DNA of 64,000 nucleotides from Candidatus Omnitrophota bacterium (GTDB taxonomy: Bacteria; Omnitrophota; Gorgyraeia; Zapsychrales; JANLHA01), in assembly GCA_038222225.1 (NCBI GenBank), contig JBBRHV010000006.1, positions 1,626 through 65,625 on the forward strand, written 5' to 3'. Made by a program: the position numbers and the translations under genes. Within the stretch, counting starts at the first letter, position 1, and the number at the start of each line of letters is the position of its first letter. Shown in pieces: positions 48,001 through 54,000 of this stretch. A model generated the notes under the pieces. The model saw nothing but the letters and a program-made list of their open reading frames with translations. It was not told where the DNA came from and made no database searches.

Positions 48001-51000
48001 CGAAAATAAAAAGAAGCAGTTCCTTTTTTTCACGATGCCAGAATCAGGAAGATGACATCGACAGCATTATGACCGGCACGATGCTGAAAGAAGATTACGG
48101 CGGGATTGGTAACAGCAAGCTGCAGTTCGGGCGCAAAGATCTTATCGAGGACCGCAATGAACCGAAGATGATGTTCGGTACCTGCGCCCACGAGTGGACG
48201 CATATTTTTAACCGTTGGATTATTGAAATTTATAGGATCGAAGAAGAGGATGGACAGGATGCGATCGATGAATTTTTGGCGGATCTGGGTGCGGAAATGT
48301 TTTTTGGAGAAATGGGCTGGCAGCAGGCAAAAGAGGTGCGCCGGAATAAATTTGTATTTCAGCACGCGAAAGTATTTGGGCGGAGTCCCCGGGCAGATCA
48401 GATCAGCCATGAGCAGCATGAGGCGGCCCGTGTCGCCTATAAGGAGATGCAGCGGTTTTTGGAAGCCAGGGAAAGGGAGACCGGTGAACGCGTTCCTCTT
48501 TCTGGAGAGATGCTGTTTTATCTTTGGGGTGCTTTGGGAGAGAGGAAAGCAGAGGAGATATCGTTTGTCATGTTGCAGGATTTGCTGCAGGTCCGGTATG
48601 GTTATGCGGAGTTTGTTCATCGGCGGAAAAACAAGTTCCAGTCCCGTCCCCTCGCGGATAGCGAGATGGAAGAAAAAGGAGTAACGCAACGTGAACCTGA
48701 TAAGGACATTGTTTATGTGATCAGATGTTGGCATGTAGAGGAAGAGGAGCGCGCCGAGCTGTTTGAAGGACCAAATGTTTTACGAATTGCTGTTTCATCC
48801 GGCACAGAACCGCAGGCCAGCGGATCCCAGGATATTCAGGTCATACAAGAGGCAACAAACCCGAAGGATGGAGAAGCGCCATCTTCTAACGCCAACTCTG
48901 CGGTTTTAAACTATTGCGTCGCGTGTTTTGCCGGCGTTGTCGCGTCTCCCTGGGTCGCATTGCCGGTTGACGTTGTCGCAAGCATTGCCATGATGTGGGG
49001 AATCATTGTTATGTCTGAGGGGATCGAGATGCGGCACTCTTTAATTTTTAGGGCTCTCACCTGGATCAAAGACCGTTATGAATCACGCAAGGTCACGATC
49101 GAATTTTTGAAAATGGTCTTGAGGTTTGCAAACATGGTTGGTTTGTATGCGCTTTTATCTTTTTCGTGGGGAACGCTCATTTTGCAATGGATCTCGTTAT
49201 TAAGCATAAAGCTGGATTGGCCTGAGTGGATGACTTTTATAGCAGCGCTCCTACCGGCAGCAGCCTTCATCAGCGGAGTAAGTATGGTGGTGGTCCCGGA
49301 GATCATCCGGGTGCATAAGGAATGGAAGAGATATCTTAAGAATATCCGGGGAGATCGTGCTCCGGAATGGATGGCCCAAAAATACAGCCATATCTCCGCG
49401 GAAGAATTGCTCCACCGTTCGGTGAGGATGAAGCGTATTGGGCGGGTCTTGTTAGCTGCTGTTTGGGGAATAGGTATCATTCTTTTGGCGATGTCGTTCC
49501 AGCATGCTCCGCACATGAAAGTTCTTAAAGGCATAAGCATTGTTGTTCTGTTTTTTTATTATCAGACATTGGTTGCAGCCCGGGAAATGAAGAAAATGGC
49601 AGAAGAATTGGAGCAGACAAAAATTCTAAGGGAGGCTTCTTTAAAAGCCAACCGATCCAGGGCAGGGCCGCCGGTCAGTTCTTATTCGGATTTTAAAGGT
49701 GGTATCAATTCAGCAGTATTGAGTGAACAGAGCGAACCGGATCATACGTCTCCCAATAAAGCAATTTTTGATTTTGTTCGACAGAGTCTCGGGGATGGAA
49801 CAACCCAAACAGTGAATGAGGTGGCGGAAGCGCAAAGACCCGTGATTCTGCAGGGTGGCAGAGATCAGGCGCTTAGAGCAGGTAATGATTCTTTGCCTGA
49901 TGATTTAAGAAAAGTCAATGCCGGTTATCAAGCGGACATTTATTTCTCGCCGAGTCGACGGATGTTTTATAAGGTCAGGAAATCCACGCTGTCTGCCTAC
50001 TATAGGTCATTACGGAATCATCTTCTTGATCGCGGGCTGTTCAGAACATCGGCGTATCTGTGGATTATGGACACGCTGCGGAAAAATTATCAAAGGTCCG
50101 CTGGAATGAAGACCGTGGAGGGTCAGCCTTTTTACGATATTCTTTCGCAGGCCGGTAAGGCCGGACGGCCGAACACCGGTGTTCTTGTCCGCATAACGAA
50201 GATGCTTAAGGCCTTCAGAGCGGTTGTTAGTTTTTGTATTGTTATGGCTGGCAGTATGTTTATTTTTTCAAAGACGGTCAGGGCTGAGAAGGCGCTTTTC
50301 CATGACAATTATTTCAAGGGTTATGAGGACATGCTTAAGTTTGGGTTTGTGCAGCAAGGATATGTGGCAGATTTTCGAGTGATCAGTGTCCCTGCGGAGG
50401 ATCGGAATGGAATTTTTAAATGGAGATGGTTGGAGCGGAACCGAAAGGTCATTGAACAGTCGGAAGTGGTTGAACTGATACAGGTGTTGCGGGAAATGAC
50501 GGATGCGCAGTTTTATGTAGCGGTCGAGCGTTACATTGAGATCCAGCATGCGTTTTGGCGCTGGGGATTTTTTAATCATGCTTTGGGATTTTTGGGAAAT
50601 TATGGATATGTCAAAGATAATGGTCAGACCAACGGACCACTGGTCCTTTTTGACCCGGGAGAGATCGTTAGTAATGGTGATAACGCCGAAGATAAAATTT
50701 TGGAGGTAGTCGAGCGCAAGAAGGAAGGGGCGTATAAGGACCTCAACGCATTGAATCCAGTTTGGGGGCAGTATTACAAGGTTAGAGTTGAGGCTGAACT
50801 AAACCGCTCCAAATTTTACGAGCTTTGGTGCAGTGAAGCCGGGTGCCGGATAGAGACAATCCAAAATTATTCCACTAACGCCGCGGTCGGTTCCAAATCC
50901 CGTTTCGTTAGCCGAAAAAGGGAAAGAGAAGATCGTCCCGCGATGGCCTTGCCGAGTTGGGAAGAGTTCAAGGACCCTCGACGGTCATGGCTGGTAAAAT

Positions 51001-54000
51001 TATATATTCTTTTGGTGCGTCAGCCGGTAAGAGAAGAATATAAACTTTTAGCCGAAATATGGAGTGTTGCGGGCTGGCTTGGGGAGCATGGCGTCAATGA
51101 GAGCAATATGCATGAGCGGTGGGTTCAGGAGCTTTTGGAGCTGCGTACGACGATTAATGCTTTTACCCGGTATCCGGTCCGGTGGTTCGGCCTCTTTGGT
51201 GCAGTACTGATGTACTGGCCTGCGGTGTTCATACATTTTGTTTATAATGCCCGATGGTTGGTGCGCAGGGTTATCCGGGAGGTTTTGTCAGGGGTGAAGG
51301 GTTCGACAGCAACTGTTTTTGTCGGCGAAGCTGCCATGGTCAGAGAAAAGAAAACATCCTCGGCATATCAAGTCATTGTTGAAGAGCTTTGGAATTTGAG
51401 GAGTTTTTATCCTGGGAAGATCTATCTGCGATCAAAGACTATCCTTTGGCTGATGGTGTTCGCTGCCCGATGGATTCTCCGGAAACAGTTATCCACCAGC
51501 TCGGTCGTGGTGCTCGAAAAGAGCAATAACCAGGGTGAAATAGGAAGTGGGCATTTACGGGTTTTCCGGGCATTTGTTTTTAGTTTTGGTTTGAAGTTGG
51601 AATTATTCAGGGCAGATGAGTTTTTGCTGATATCGACAGAAGAGCAGTTTCCAGCCCAATTCGACAAGTTGAAAAATTTATATGCGATGATGAAGCCTTC
51701 CCAGGCTTTTCCCTTAATGGGGGGATGGGCGGCCTCACCGGATCTCGCTATGATCATAGTTTCTTATATCATGAAATATCGTCCAAAAGTTGTTCTTGAT
51801 TTGGGCAGCGGAACTTCGACAATCATCATTGCTCAGGCTTTGAAAAATTTATCCTGCAGCCAGTCCCGCCGCACTTCTGCGGAACGGGCAGGATTCCGCC
51901 TAACGGGTGAAAAGATTTTGGGGGCTCCACAGACAGGGCATGTGTGGTCCATGGAGCAGGACGCAGCCTATGCAGGAAAGACGCGGCAAAATTTGGATGC
52001 CCATGGGCTTGGTACTTACGCGACGGTTATTCATGCTCCGATCAGAGAATATTCGAATCACAACGGCACGGGAAGATGGTATGACGTTTCCCGGCTAGAG
52101 GGTATCGGCCCGATTGATTTGGTGATTGTTGATGGGCCGCGTGGCTCAGGTCAAAGAGCTGGGGCCATGCCGATTCTTTTTGATCATTTAAGCGATGAGG
52201 TTGCGGTGATCATTGACGACACGAGCCGGGTGGCAGAACAGGAAATGGTTGAGAAATGGCTGAGAGATTTTGAAGGGTTCCGCGCGCAGGAAATTGACAC
52301 GGAAAAGGGGACGATTATTTTAAGAAAAACAAAAGCCGCCATGGATGGCGAAGAGGCAGAGCCTATTTCCTTAGAGTCTGAAATCAATGCCGCGGTGCTT
52401 GGAAATGAATCTTCGCCTAAAGAGGATGGGACAAATCACCAGGAAAAATGGTTTTTCCGAGATGCAAAATCCGGTGCGGTCGAAGTCCATGAAATTGCCG
52501 ATGATAATGGGGAAACAATTTGGCAAGTTCTCCAGGAACAGGAAGCGAGAGAGCAACCGGTTTCTGACAATAGCGGGAATAAGATCCAGGGAGCGACAAG
52601 CGCTGCGGTGCTGGGCAGTGGAAAAGTTGGCCGCAATGATCCTTGTCCCTGCGGCAGCGGGAAAAAATACAAGAAGTGTTGTGGGGGGGCTTCCGCTACT
52701 CAACCTTTCGCAGCGCCGGCATTGAACACAAGAAAGAGCGTCGGACGATCGTTCAGGTTTATTGCCATGGCTGATGGTCAGGTTCAAGATCTTTCTCCGC
52801 CGGCAGCGTGGGAATCAGGTTCCGTGGCCGTTTCTCCCCAGCCTGTCCATGGGCGCGCTGCTTTAACCGGGACGGTCATTCCGGCCAGACTTGAGCATGC
52901 TGAGCGCATACTCGCGCTATCCAAGAGGGTCTCCTCATCTACCCCTGTTTCGATGAATGTGATCATCAGATCCATACAGTCCATAGCTGAAGATTTCAAT
53001 GGTGAGCCGAGAATTTTTGTTTACATAGAGAAGAACGTGGTCTTAGGGTATACGTTCGCTTCCATTTATCCTTCAAGGAAACTGGTTTATATGGTTCAAA
53101 CATCCGTTGATCAACAGCATGAAGGCCGCGGGATCGGACGTTATCTGCATCAGTATTTGTTTGATGTTGTGCGAAGCCAGGGACACAAAAAAATCTTTTC
53201 AATATCGAATCCTCGTGCGGCGAGCATCCTTTGTAAGGATGGTTTTCAGGTTTTGACAGACGCCCGAAAACTTCCAGTGATCAGCATTGATCTGCGCGAT
53301 GATGAAAATGTCGTATCTTTGAATGCGACGTTGGAGGATGTTCTCTGCGTGGGGATTATGCGGGTTCTTCTGCCGACCAATCTGGTTGCCATTGATCAGG
53401 CGTTAATTCATGGGGATATGCCCGGGGTTCAGCATCTTGTCCGGACGAATTTTATTTTTGCCTGGCTGCGAGCCAGCGGCATTCTTCCTTCGGATGAATT
53501 CCGACGGAAGATCATTGCGGATTTTAACAGACGAGGGGCTGGTAGGGCTATGCAGCAGAATGAAGAGACGCTGGTTGTGGCCTGTGCGGTAGGGACTTCA
53601 CAACATCCGTCCTCGAGAGATGAAAAATTATGGCAAAGGGAGGGACGTACATTGCCGGCGTCTTTTGATCCGTTAGAAGATTTTGCGCAGCATTGTGTGG
53701 ATGTTGTTTTCCACCCCAAAGAATATGAACAGAGGTATCATTCGGCTGATGAAAAAGATCGACCTCGTTTATTGGCGCAGTATGCAGTTGTGAGGGATGT
53801 TCTTCAGCAGTCCCTTCCTGGCGCAAGAGATAGAGGACAGTCTTCTGGCGGAAGGGGACAGTCCCCCCGCGGGGACAATCCCCAATCGACCAACGCCGCG
53901 GTGCAGGTTTCTGATTCCATTCCGACGCCTTTGACTTCTGAATTTATTCGAACGTTGTCCGTTGGAAAGAGAAGTGTAACGTCATCCGAAAAACGCATCC